A stretch of 64,000 nucleotides of DNA from an uncultured bacterium (GTDB taxonomy: Bacteria > Zixibacteria > MSB-5A5 > GN15 > FEB-12), in NCBI GenBank assembly GCA_965372795.1, contig CBDVDR010000012.1, forward strand, positions 32,001 to 96,000, in the 5' to 3' direction. The position numbers were made by a program, and so were the translations under genes. The notes beneath the pieces were generated by a model. The model saw only the letters and a list, made by a program, of their open reading frames with translations. It ran no database searches and was not told the DNA's origin. Positions 18,413 through 27,936 of this stretch are shown here, piece after piece. The stretch's first letter is position 1, and each line of letters opens with the position of its first letter.

Positions 18413-20347
18413 TTAGAAGGCGTACAATATAGTAAAATGCCATCTATCCGCAAAGTCAAAATAATCAGTTTTTATCCGGCGAGCATAATCGACTCTGATA
18501 GGACCTGCCGGCGAAACTAATTGTAACCCGGTTCCATAACTGAGCGCAAGATGATTAAAATGAAATCCTCTATGGTCTGAAAATCCGTTACCAACATCAA
18601 CAAAGACAGACTGCCAGAGGGGAAAAGTTCTAAGAAGATCATTCAAAACCGGTATGACGCTAAAAAGCTGTAATGTTTTCCAGCGAAATTCCTGATTGAA
18701 AACAACCGTAAAATCGGCTCCTAAGGGAAGGTTATCAGACCCAACCGGACCAAGGGTGTTTTCTCTGAAAGCTCTTATGCTATTGGCTCCACCCAAATAG
18801 AGCCGGTCATTTATTGGAACTACCGAAGAGTTTCCAAAAGCTTCAACGGAGCCTAATTTTATTCTTGTAGCCGAGATCCATCCGGGCCAGACAATCATAT
18901 ACCTTGACCAACTAACTTCAAGGTGAGTAAAATTATCATCACCGCTTAAGATCCCGCCATAATATTCACCAATTATTTCAGTTACGGAACCTCTTCTGGG
19001 TAGAAAAATATTGTCCCGGCTATCACGGCGAAAAGTCAGATACAACTTTCTACGAACCGAGAGAAGGTTTTCCGCTTTTATAATTTCTTCCAATTCTGCC
19101 GAAGCCCCGGAAATTTTAATCGATTCATACTCAAGCCCCACTGTTGTTCTTATTTTATGTCCGAATCTTTTTTGGGAGGCAACTGATAATGACCACGATC
19201 TTATTAAATAGTCCTGTACCGGGTCTTTCAAAGTCGGTTCCCATTCTCCGGTAATAGCCAGAGGCATTCTTAGACCGATGAACCATGGTTCTGTAAATCG
19301 TAAACGATAGCGATGAGTAATTAATTCTACTCCGTCACCTAAAGCTAAAGAGTAGTCGGCAAGGATATCATATCTTCTGGAACCCAAAAAATTCCGTTTA
19401 CCAAATCCACTTGAGATGTCCCAGATCAAATCTTTATAGACCGATTGACCGGCACCGGTTTGGAGCGTGAAATATTTTGGCTTACGTTCTCGCACTCGAA
19501 GGACAAAATCGGGTTGGAGACGGTTAAGGTTTTCTTTTTTATGGTTTAATTGTAAAGTGCTAAAATACCCGGATTCAAACAACCGTCTTTGTGAATCCAG
19601 AATTGTTCTTCGGCGGTAGATGTCGTTATTGTTTATTTTAACTTCTCGCCGGGCAGTATATTCGGGGTAACGGTCAATCCCTTCAATTTCAACCTTTCCA
19701 AAATGAGTCAAAGAATCAGAATCGATATAAAATATTAAGGGAGGCAAATCATTTATTTTAGCAGTATCAACAATATGACTTATTCGAGCGTAGGGATAGC
19801 CTTCGTTGGCAAGAATAGTTTTCATCGCAAAGCCAGCCTGTTGAACTTCAAAAAGATTTAATGGTTTTCCTTTTTTCAACCCATCAGCTATTTTATTAAA
19901 TCCATGTTGAAGCTCTTCGGGATAATTCCCTTTAATCTGCTTATCGCCATAAAAATATTGTTTCCCTTCGTTGATACCAACTCTGATCAAGGCTGATGAA
20001 TCTGGTCTCATCTCAAAAAATTCAACAACAGAAATATTAAGAAATCCTTTTGAAAGATAAATGAATTTTATCTCAAGCGAATCCCGTTCGGGAGTTTCCC
20101 TTTGGATTTTCCTGCGCCGATCTCCTTTGATAACTTTCCAAATGGAATTTTCCCGGGAGTACATCCTCTTTTTAATATGACTGTCAGTAAAATATTCATT
20201 ACCTTCAATTACTATAGAATCGATAACAGGTTTGTCTCTCAGCCATCTCAAATGGGCTTTATCAACAGCCTGGCTATCTTCTGAAGAAAAGACAGAAAAC
20301 AAAATCATAAAAAAAAGAACTGATATGAATAAACGAAATCTTATCAC
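18413..20347 (-). CDS. tamA: Omp85-family outer-membrane protein, TamA-like
   Basis: POTRA-like repeats, GGANSIRAF lid motif, C-terminal GPIRVDYA...YAF; directly after a TamB-like gene. Confidence 0.75.
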   Translation of the reverse strand: MIRFRLFISVLFFMILFSVFSSEDSQAVDKAHLRWLRDKPVIDSIVIEGNEYFTDSHIKKRMYSRENSIWKVIKGDRRRKIQRETPERDSLEIKFIYLSKGFLNISVVEFFEMRPDSSALIRVGINEGKQYFYGDKQIKGNYPEELQHGFNKIADGLKKGKPLNLFEVQQAGFAMKTILANEGYPYARISHIVDTAKINDLPPLIFYIDSDSLTHFGKVEIEGIDRYPEYTARREVKINNNDIYRRRTILDSQRRLFESGYFSTLQLNHKKENLNRLQPDFVLRVRERKPKYFTLQTGAGQSVYKDLIWDISSGFGKRNFLGSRRYDILADYSLALGDGVELITHRYRLRFTEPWFIGLRMPLAITGEWEPTLKDPVQDYLIRSWSLSVASQKRFGHKIRTTVGLEYESIKISGASAELEEIIKAENLLSVRRKLYLTFRRDSRDNIFLPRRGSVTEIIGEYYGGILSGDDNFTHLEVSWSRYMIVWPGWISATRIKLGSVEAFGNSSVVPINDRLYLGGANSIRAFRENTLGPVGSDNLPLGADFTVVFNQEFRWKTLQLFSVIPVLNDLLRTFPLWQSVFVDVGNGFSDHRGFHFNHLALSYGTGLQLVSPAGPIRVDYARRIKTDYFDFADRWHFTILYAF

Positions 20348-20349
20348 TA

Positions 20350-23300
20350 TTAAAATTCCAAATGCAGTTTTAAGTTCAAGTGATACAATTCTTCTTCATC
20401 CCGTCTTCCTTCAACTAAGAAGGCTTTGTTAAAGCGATATTCAAAGCCAACCTCCTGTCCGCTCTGACCGGATAGCTGGGACTTACCATACACATATAAT
20501 CCCTGAGTTGTATAAAAACCAACCGTTATTCGAGTACTTAAAGGATTTGCCAGAGTTCCCGAGTAAGGTTCGATTTCAAATGTTTCCACTCCCACCCCGA
20601 GTTCGTTTAATTGCCGGGCTCCGATTTGCGATACCTGCGATGAAAGTATTCCGGTAAAGCGTTCTTCAAACTGTCCGGTTGAGGAAGTTGTGTCGCCGCT
20701 GTAATAGTTTGCTACAATTAATGGAATGATATCTTCTTTTGAAAAGGTTGAGCCATCGACAGGATTTATATCCGCAGTATCAAGCGTTCCGGTCACATGT
20801 ACTCCAAGCTCAATTAAATCTCTGGTTTCATTTTCTTCAAAAGCAGCTTGTGATAAACCCGGTACTCTGGTGTAGCCGATAAAATCCAGTCGGGGATTAA
20901 ATCGTTCTTCGCCTTCAAACAACACCAGACCGCCTTGTTCCAGACGGAAAGTTTTATCAAACAGATAACCGCGTCCCCGTACAATTTCCATCTCTCCAAT
21001 AAAACGATACTGACCATCATCACGAAGAAGTTTTACCAGTCCGGAAAATTCAGCATCAATGTCTTCATTTTTAATCCAGTAATTGGAAAGGATGTCAATA
21101 TTGATATCAAGGTCCCAAGTATTTTCACCTGATAGTGCCATCATTATAGGTGAGCCTTCATCAGGTTCAGCAAAATTCACAAGATACCTCATGGTCAGCA
21201 AGGTAATATCACCGGTGACCAAAGGAGGGGTATCGCCTTCTATATGCAATTCACCTTCAAGTTTCCCGCGAATATCATCGAGTTCGTAAGCGAAAGGGAA
21301 ATCCTTTTTAATTTCCACATCAAGATCATAAAAAAGATTATCGAAAGAGTTTACAACGATATTTCCTTCGAGATTAGCATACCTTTTTTTGCCGCCCCGT
21401 TTTTTATTTTCGGTTGAATACATTTCCATATTTTCAATAATGATCAGATTATCCCTCATTATTGCAGTTGCCGTATCAACAAATATTGGATGTTCCAGAT
21501 CAAAATATTTTAGGCGGCCGTTTATAATGGTAGCCAGACCTTCAAGATGCGGTTCTTGAGAAGTACCGCTCAGCCTTATATTAGAATAAAAATCTCCATC
21601 AAGCTGTTCTACCGAGGGTAAAATCAGACTGACTAAATCAAAGCGATTGTCTTGTGCCGTAACTCGGAAATCCATCGGTTTATCGGGAAGTCTATCAATG
21701 TTAGCAGAAGTAAAAGCAAGATCAATCGGGAAATATCCATTACCGTAATATAGTCCCGGGTCCGAGAAAATCACGACGCTATCGACTGATAGGATATAGT
21801 CAGAATAATTTAAGGAGGCTGTCATATTGCCCAGGATGAGATCACGATACTCAAGCGAATCAATAGTTCCGTCTACTTTGATTTCGGGTTTAAGGAAGTT
21901 TCCTGCGAGTCTACCATCACAAGAAAGTACTCCCCCCAGATCATAAGAGCCTTCAAATAATTTCACCCATGGTGCAATATCAACCTGTTTTATCAAGATC
22001 GCCATATCCATTGATTCATCAAAATTTACTCTGCCCACTGATGAAAGAAGAGCGTCCTCACTTTTAATGACCGCTTGTAAAAAATCAAAACCAAGAGTAT
22101 CGACTAAAAATTCAATTTCATATTCATTACTAAAGGTTCGATCAAAGAGATTTATGTTCAAAGTATCAAGATGTACCTGAAATGGATATTCACCATAATC
22201 CAGGTAGCCCTTACTGGTCATTACTGCTAACTCGTTTCTAATATTCGCAGTATCAATAAATACTAAATTTGAATCAATCGTGATAATTGCTTTAGCGGTA
22301 TCAAATGGGAGCGACCAGGCTTGACCGGAGAAAAAGTCAACTTCCACTTTTCCCTGTTTACCGGTTAAGAACCGATCAATGTCAAAAGTTGAATAAAGGC
22401 TGTCGGAATATAATCCATAGATCCAAATCGAATCAGAGATAAAATATCCGCTCAAATCCGGGAAAGCTGTTTTACCGGTCAGGGTTGCTTCGCCATAGCC
22501 TCTGCCACCCGGTTGATCGATAAACAATTTCCCGCGATAACGATCAAGATTGTCGAGGTTCGCAATTATGGCCAGGTCGATATCATTTCTGTATTCTACC
22601 TTTCCATTAACAAAAAATCTATTTTCAAAATAGTCGATCCTGAAATAATCACTGAACATAATCGAATCAGTTGTGATAGACATCATCCCTTTAGCAGAAT
22701 GTATCGGATATTTATCAAAAGCTGATTCATACAGATCAGCATCGATATCAATTAGCATTCTTTCTTTTTTAAAGGCTCTTCCGCTTAATTCGATATGTCC
22801 GGATAAATCAGATTCAAAAGAATTATTGACCATGTTTTTCAAATTAAAATTTCTTAGATCGGCAGAGACAAGGTATGTTTTTTCAGGTTTCGTAAAATCA
22901 ATCGCACCCGACCCGTCAACTTTACAATTTCCTAAGAAAGTACCATAGATCGTATCAAAGCTTAAATATTTATCGGCATAATTAAAATCTGTGTAAATAT
23001 TTTGGAAGCTAACCGAAAAGAATTTCCCGCCAATATCTACCGAACCATTAAATTTAGCACCCTCAAAAGATATATTACCATTGAGATCAACTTCACCATT
23101 TAGTTTGGCGCCTGTAAATTGAGTAACATCGTTTATGTCAATATTGTCAATTACAAACTCAACATTCCCCTTAAGAATATCCTCAAAGGAAACATTGCCA
23201 TTAAATTTCATTTTAGTTTTATCAGAGCTTAAAGAGACATCCTGAAAGACAAGTGTTTTGTTATGATAGGTAAGTTTTCCTTCGGCTGACTCAAGAAAAT

Positions 23301-23895
23301 ACTTTTCCTGATTAGACTGGAAAGCTAATGATTTTAACTCAAGAGAATAAGTGTTCTCGGTTAATTTTATTCCTGCTCTAAAATTAAAATCATTGACTAA
23401 AAGAGTATCTTTGTTATCGATAAATTTAAAATTCAGGTTATTGATAATTAACTCATCAACAGCCAGCATTGATAGAATAATTCCGGAACTTTCAGTGTCA
23501 GTTTTCTTTGAAAAATCAGGGATCATCATAGCGCCGGTTGAGTCTTTTTTCAGCATGATTTCGGCTGAGTCAATGGTCAGGTAATCGAAAATATATTTTC
23601 TATCCCATAAATTTGAAAAAGAATAGGCTGCCGTAATTTTTGGGAAATAAATAAGCCGGTAACTGCTGGCTGAATCATCATAGAAGATTGAAAGACTTTT
23701 CAGTTCAATACCAGAGAGTATATTCCCATTGATTTCCCCGATAGTAAATTTAATATCTGATTGTTCTTTAAAGCTTTCGGACAATTGTTTTTGAACAATT
23801 TCTTCAAACCCGCCCAGTTCAAATAGAAACAAAAAGGTTCCACTAACTAAAAGAACTATTATTATCAGCGATATGTAGATTATTTTTTTTAACAT
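20350..23895 (-). CDS. tamB: TamB-like translocation/assembly module protein
   Basis: N-terminal TM, long beta-rich body, DUF490-like C-terminus ending LKLHLEF. Confidence 0.8.
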   Translation of the reverse strand: MLKKIIYISLIIIVLLVSGTFLFLFELGGFEEIVQKQLSESFKEQSDIKFTIGEINGNILSGIELKSLSIFYDDSASSYRLIYFPKITAAYSFSNLWDRKYIFDYLTIDSAEIMLKKDSTGAMMIPDFSKKTDTESSGIILSMLAVDELIINNLNFKFIDNKDTLLVNDFNFRAGIKLTENTYSLELKSLAFQSNQEKYFLESAEGKLTYHNKTLVFQDVSLSSDKTKMKFNGNVSFEDILKGNVEFVIDNIDINDVTQFTGAKLNGEVDLNGNISFEGAKFNGSVDIGGKFFSVSFQNIYTDFNYADKYLSFDTIYGTFLGNCKVDGSGAIDFTKPEKTYLVSADLRNFNLKNMVNNSFESDLSGHIELSGRAFKKERMLIDIDADLYESAFDKYPIHSAKGMMSITTDSIMFSDYFRIDYFENRFFVNGKVEYRNDIDLAIIANLDNLDRYRGKLFIDQPGGRGYGEATLTGKTAFPDLSGYFISDSIWIYGLYSDSLYSTFDIDRFLTGKQGKVEVDFFSGQAWSLPFDTAKAIITIDSNLVFIDTANIRNELAVMTSKGYLDYGEYPFQVHLDTLNINLFDRTFSNEYEIEFLVDTLGFDFLQAVIKSEDALLSSVGRVNFDESMDMAILIKQVDIAPWVKLFEGSYDLGGVLSCDGRLAGNFLKPEIKVDGTIDSLEYRDLILGNMTASLNYSDYILSVDSVVIFSDPGLYYGNGYFPIDLAFTSANIDRLPDKPMDFRVTAQDNRFDLVSLILPSVEQLDGDFYSNIRLSGTSQEPHLEGLATIINGRLKYFDLEHPIFVDTATAIMRDNLIIIENMEMYSTENKKRGGKKRYANLEGNIVVNSFDNLFYDLDVEIKKDFPFAYELDDIRGKLEGELHIEGDTPPLVTGDITLLTMRYLVNFAEPDEGSPIMMALSGENTWDLDINIDILSNYWIKNEDIDAEFSGLVKLLRDDGQYRFIGEMEIVRGRGYLFDKTFRLEQGGLVLFEGEERFNPRLDFIGYTRVPGLSQAAFEENETRDLIELGVHVTGTLDTADINPVDGSTFSKEDIIPLIVANYYSGDTTSSTGQFEERFTGILSSQVSQIGARQLNELGVGVETFEIEPYSGTLANPLSTRITVGFYTTQGLYVYGKSQLSGQSGQEVGFEYRFNKAFLVEGRRDEEELYHLNLKLHLEF

Positions 23896-23906
23896 AATTC
23901 AAACAG

Positions 23907-24569
23907 CTAATTAAGCTCATCTATAATTGAGCAGGCACTTTTATATCCATCACCGGCCGAGATACTGATATCTTCAACAACTTGCCGAACCATCGCAAGG
24001 GATGCGCCCACATTTAAAGAACCTTTAATGTGTGAATAAAGTTGCTTATATTTATTCTCCACCGTTAAAATTGCTACAATTGCAAGTTCACGATCAATGA
24101 TCCCTAATTGGTCTCTTGATAAAACCTTTCCATAACCTTCTACAACCATCCAGCGAAAAATCTCCGGTGCTATTTTTTCAACTTTGTTTTTTAAAGAATC
24201 AAATTTATCAGTGTAAACCAGATTACATAAATTCATACCTCGTTTAAACCATGAATTAGCTTCATCCTCGGTAATTGGATTTAGGCTTACCTGTCCGGGA
24301 TTAACCGGATTGTATTTATCGAGGAATTCCGCAGCGATTAACATCCGGGGGAATCCAAGAAAGAGATATGATTGCAGCATGATTTCATATAAATACTCTG
24401 ATGGAACCAATAGTTGTTTAGATTTTCCCAATATAATTTTAGATGATGATTCATCAGCGAAGGCAATTGCAGCAGCATACATTGACAGGGTACGGCTGAG
24501 GATATTTTCATCCGGTGAAAAGTTGTCAAGCCTTCGATGGAATTCGCCAATGTCTGCTGTTAAATTCAT
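23907..24569 (-). CDS. Carboxymuconolactone decarboxylase/AhpD-like protein
   Basis: LFLGFP, EGYGKVLSR, RELAIVA and QLYSHIKGSLNVGA motifs. Confidence 0.75.
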   Translation of the reverse strand: MNLTADIGEFHRRLDNFSPDENILSRTLSMYAAAIAFADESSSKIILGKSKQLLVPSEYLYEIMLQSYLFLGFPRMLIAAEFLDKYNPVNPGQVSLNPITEDEANSWFKRGMNLCNLVYTDKFDSLKNKVEKIAPEIFRWMVVEGYGKVLSRDQLGIIDRELAIVAILTVENKYKQLYSHIKGSLNVGASLAMVRQVVEDISISAGDGYKSACSIIDELN

Positions 24570-24614
24570 ACTGTAAAGAAAGATAATATTATAAAAGATA
24601 GCAATGTCAAATTA

Positions 24615-25799
24615 CTATTTTAAGCGGATCAATTTTTTTTCAAGTTTATACAATGCCGATTTAAGTGAATTTATTTCATTTAGGAGGGATTCTCTAGAAG
24701 ATTTTGATAAAATTCTATTAGCCTGATTATTAACTGATGGCCTTTCGATATTCAAACTTCCACTGCCGATAGTCATTTTTACAAAAAACGGTATATTTTT
24801 ACGAATTAACCCGATCTCAACAATCGTTCCCGGAGTCGTGCGAATAATCTCTTTTTTTAGCCCGGCAGCGGAACTTATGTTTACACCATTATATTTAAAT
24901 AACAGGTCACGTTTCATCAGACCTGCTTTTTTAGCCGGTGAATTTGGATCAATGTCGGTAATCAGAAGTCCTCGACTAATCATCAGACCGCTTCTGTTAC
25001 TGACGTTAATTATCTCACCGGGAAGATTTATGACGATTCCGGGTGAAATTTCAATCTCTGAGGTTGTTATTCCGATAAAACCTGCTAATCGGCTTCCATA
25101 CCTTAAAATATGCTGAACAACAGCCGGAATCAGATGTGCCGGAATAGCAAGTCCTGCACCCGGGCTGTCGGGAGAATTTATACTACCGGATATAATACCA
25201 ACAAGATTACCTGTAAGGTCGAATAAACCTCCACCAATAGTTCCAGATGTTAAAGCACCGGAATATTGGATTAAACCTTCCGGGCGAACTCCAGCGCAAA
25301 AGCCTAAGGTTGGACTTGAGCGAAGCCCATAGGCATTGCCCAAAGCTATAATCAGTTGTCCCCCGCATAAATATTGTTTTGAAATTTGGGCTGGTTGTCC
25401 GATACGTTTATCAATTTCAAGTAGTGCCAAACCGGTTTGGTAATCAATTCCAAGCAATTTTGCCGGAAGGGTATGCTGATTAAAATGAACCGCTATTTTA
25501 TCTGAACCGGCGACACTCTTGGCTGAAGTGATAATATGGCCGAGGCTGTCATAGATAATGCCCGAAGAAATCATGCTATGAACCAGCTCTTCCCCGCTTC
25601 CAAAATAATTTGTATATGAAACAGGTTTGATTACTTCAACAGTGACAACCGAACCAGACAGATTGTAGATTAGATCGTTTATTTCTGATTCAATAGAATA
25701 AAGCGTACTGTCTGACGAGTATGTGGAAGTTGTAAAAAAGACCGTTAGAATAACGCCTGACAGACAAGCTCTAACGGTCCTGTAAAAATTCGTTAGCAT
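24615..25799 (-). CDS. HtrA/DegS-like trypsin-PDZ protein, catalytically degenerate
   Basis: Trypsin-like fold motifs, GFIGI...SPAKKAGL PDZ motif, C-terminal coiled coil; triad residues substituted. Confidence 0.85.
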   Translation of the reverse strand: MLTNFYRTVRACLSGVILTVFFTTSTYSSDSTLYSIESEINDLIYNLSGSVVTVEVIKPVSYTNYFGSGEELVHSMISSGIIYDSLGHIITSAKSVAGSDKIAVHFNQHTLPAKLLGIDYQTGLALLEIDKRIGQPAQISKQYLCGGQLIIALGNAYGLRSSPTLGFCAGVRPEGLIQYSGALTSGTIGGGLFDLTGNLVGIISGSINSPDSPGAGLAIPAHLIPAVVQHILRYGSRLAGFIGITTSEIEISPGIVINLPGEIINVSNRSGLMISRGLLITDIDPNSPAKKAGLMKRDLLFKYNGVNISSAAGLKKEIIRTTPGTIVEIGLIRKNIPFFVKMTIGSGSLNIERPSVNNQANRILSKSSRESLLNEINSLKSALYKLEKKLIRLK

Positions 25800-25800
25800 T

Positions 25801-26511
25801 TTAGTATCCTTGCGGTGCCTCCTTGTTATTCAATGATTTTGGAGACACATAGACTTTGATAATCGGTCTAATTTTAAAATATCCTTTTAGATATGGTAAC
25901 GGAATCTGTTGGAATTCAATCGAACTATGCCGATGAGTGCTTGATCTGTGGAAACCATCATTAGTACTGGAACTGGTAAGAGTATTAGAAAGTCTCATCA
26001 TTCGCTCATTTTTAGCCATCTGCTGGTTGAAAGACCAGTTTTTATCAACATTGGCGACACGAGTAGCATAATTAGGATTGTTAGTCGGCATCGCGGTGAG
26101 ATATGAATCATCAAGATGAGTATGTTCGGCAGCAAGTTGAGTCGGGTTAGAATCCAGATCAATGTTACTAACAGTTAAGTAAGTTGCAACAAAGAGAATA
26201 CAAACGGTTGCAACCGCTGATACAAGTTTGGGCCATGACAACAATGGTGGATTTTTTGGAAGATAAGCTTTGCTTCTTGTTTCAGCAAAGCGTTCATGAG
26301 CAATTCGATCCATCAATTTGTTATTAAAATCCGAAGATACTTTAAATTTAGGTATCTCTCGGCTGTTGTCCAGCATGGAACGGTAGACCGCTTCCTCCTT
26401 GCGACAGTCAGCACACTCGGTTAGGTGCGCACTGATTTCTTCTGCCTTGCGAGGATTCAGCTCATCGCTACAAAAAGCTGACAGGAAGAAGCGTGTTTTT
26501 CGACAACGCAT
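25801..26511 (-). CDS. Zinc-binding (ZAS, zf-HC2) transmembrane anti-sigma factor
   Basis: HLTECADC (HxxxCxxC), one TM segment, overlaps the sigma gene end. Confidence 0.88.
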   Translation of the reverse strand: MRCRKTRFFLSAFCSDELNPRKAEEISAHLTECADCRKEEAVYRSMLDNSREIPKFKVSSDFNNKLMDRIAHERFAETRSKAYLPKNPPLLSWPKLVSAVATVCILFVATYLTVSNIDLDSNPTQLAAEHTHLDDSYLTAMPTNNPNYATRVANVDKNWSFNQQMAKNERMMRLSNTLTSSSTNDGFHRSSTHRHSSIEFQQIPLPYLKGYFKIRPIIKVYVSPKSLNNKEAPQGY

Positions 26512-27070
26512 TATATTCCTCCACTCTGGGTTTTAATTTATCTCGCAACATCAACCTTGCCCGATTAACTCTTGATTTTACAGTTCCAAGAGGCACATCC
26601 AGCACTTTTGCTACTTCGTCGTATGCCATCTCCTGGACATCACGTAACATAAAGGCGGTACGGTATTTTTCGGGTAAGCTTGATATTGCTTCATTAAGGA
26701 CTTCCGGGAGTCTTGTCGGGATTTTCATCTCAACGGCAAACTCCTTTTCGTTCCCTTTCATTTCAGTAATATCGTAATGTTTAAATTTCTTTCTTTTTCG
26801 CAATTCATTGCGACCTAAATTTAACCCGATAGTGTAAATCCAGGTTGACAGACAATGCTGGAAATTGAATGATTGACGATGTTGATAAACACGGATAAAT
26901 GTTTCCTGAACAATATCCTCGGCTTCTTCGGTCGAATTGACCATCCGCCCAATAACATTCATAAGTCGGTCTTTGTATCGGTCGACCAATTCGTTGAAGG
27001 CAACCATATCGCCGTTTTGCACGGCTTTCATCAACCTAAAATCAATATCTTTTTCAGATTCTTTCGCCAT
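26468..27070 (-). CDS. ECF RNA polymerase sigma factor
   Basis: AEDIVQETF and WIYTI region 2; region 4 AYDEVAKVLDVPLGTVKSRVNRAR. Confidence 0.95.
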   Translation of the reverse strand: MAKESEKDIDFRLMKAVQNGDMVAFNELVDRYKDRLMNVIGRMVNSTEEAEDIVQETFIRVYQHRQSFNFQHCLSTWIYTIGLNLGRNELRKRKKFKHYDITEMKGNEKEFAVEMKIPTRLPEVLNEAISSLPEKYRTAFMLRDVQEMAYDEVAKVLDVPLGTVKSRVNRARLMLRDKLKPRVEEYNALSKNTLLPVSFL

Positions 27071-27097
27071 AAATACCTTTCAGTCTGCTTAAATATA

Positions 27098-27123
27098 ATA
27101 CCCACAGACGAATTTAAAGTTCC
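27098..27123 (-). promoter_or_regulatory. Putative ECF autoregulatory promoter
   Basis: GGAAC-N17-GTAT ending about 28 nt upstream of the sigma ATG. Confidence 0.6.
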
Positions 27124-27309
27124 AAAAATAGCCGTGAAAGATAAAAATTTTATCTGGCTGTATTACAGCCACTTACGAGGGCTATTTGGGCCGGTTTTTG
27201 GGTCTTATGCGCCAATTTCTGGAATTAATACAAATTGGAGGTAGATTTCTTCCCAAAAAGTGGGGAAAAGTTGAAGGAGGGACGGATCCGCCGAAGAGGA
27301 TTGCCATAG

Positions 27310-27349
27310 AACAAAGACTGGATCCCCGCGTTCGCGAGGATGACAATAG
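27310..27349. repeat. REP-like palindrome copy 1 (40-bp direct repeat)
   Basis: AACAAAGACTGGATCCCCGCGTTCGCGAGGATGACAATAG, identical to 27793-27832. Confidence 0.95.
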
Positions 27350-27472
27350 GGTCGCAGGTTTTAAACAAATGAATGGTTTATTTAATTGCGAAATTCTTAG
27401 AAACGGCTAATTACAAATTTTTAATTTACAAAATGATTTAATACTATTATTTAAATAACAATTCTCAGATAA

Positions 27473-27501
27473 TGTCATTCCTGTGAAAACAGGAATCCAG
27501 T
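27473..27501 (+). repeat. REP-like palindrome variant in opposite orientation
   Basis: TGTCATTCCTGTGAAAACAGGAATCCAGT; same TGTCAT...ATCCAGT ends, different stem. Confidence 0.85.
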
Positions 27502-27507
27502 GTTAAT

Positions 27508-27792
27508 TTACAGACTATTATATAAGTCTTCCCAATTCGGATTATCTTTTTCAATCAATTCTAATTTCCAAATTCTTTTCCAATTCTTCAATTGTTTCTC
27601 TCTGATGATAGCTTGAGTTATATCTTCATGAATTTCATAATAAACTAATTTATGTACATTATATTTTGCTGTGAACCCCTTAACCAAATTATTTTTATGC
27701 TCGTAAATTCTTTTTATCAGATCATTTGTTACCCCAACATAAAGAGTACCATTTTTTCTACTGGCTAATATGTAGACAAAATACTGTTTCAT
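27508..27792 (-). CDS. Small GIY-YIG nuclease (UPF0213/YhbQ-like)
   Basis: YFVYIL...LYVGVT...R..EH, FTAKY and AIIREKQLKNW motifs. Confidence 0.93.
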   Translation of the reverse strand: MKQYFVYILASRKNGTLYVGVTNDLIKRIYEHKNNLVKGFTAKYNVHKLVYYEIHEDITQAIIREKQLKNWKRIWKLELIEKDNPNWEDLYNSL

Positions 27793-27832
27793 AACAAAGA
27801 CTGGATCCCCGCGTTCGCGAGGATGACAATAG
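27793..27832. repeat. REP-like palindrome copy 2, abutting the GIY-YIG start codon
   Basis: Identical 40-mer to 27310-27349. Confidence 0.95.
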
Positions 27833-27886
27833 AGAGTCTTCCTTTTAAGATTTTATTAACTAAACTCCTCGTTATTATATATAAGC

Positions 27887-27918
27887 AAGACTGGATCCCC
27901 GCGTTCGCGAGGATGACA
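27887..27918. repeat. REP-like palindrome copy 3
   Basis: AAGACTGGATCCCCGCGTTCGCGAGGATGACA, identical 32-bp core. Confidence 0.95.
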
Positions 27919-27936
27919 CCAGCATAGCTGGTCTTA

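Noticed and set aside
27310..27918. Repeats as a CRISPR array
   Set aside because: Spacing is irregular (483 bp, then about 90 bp), one interval contains a gene, and no cas genes are present.
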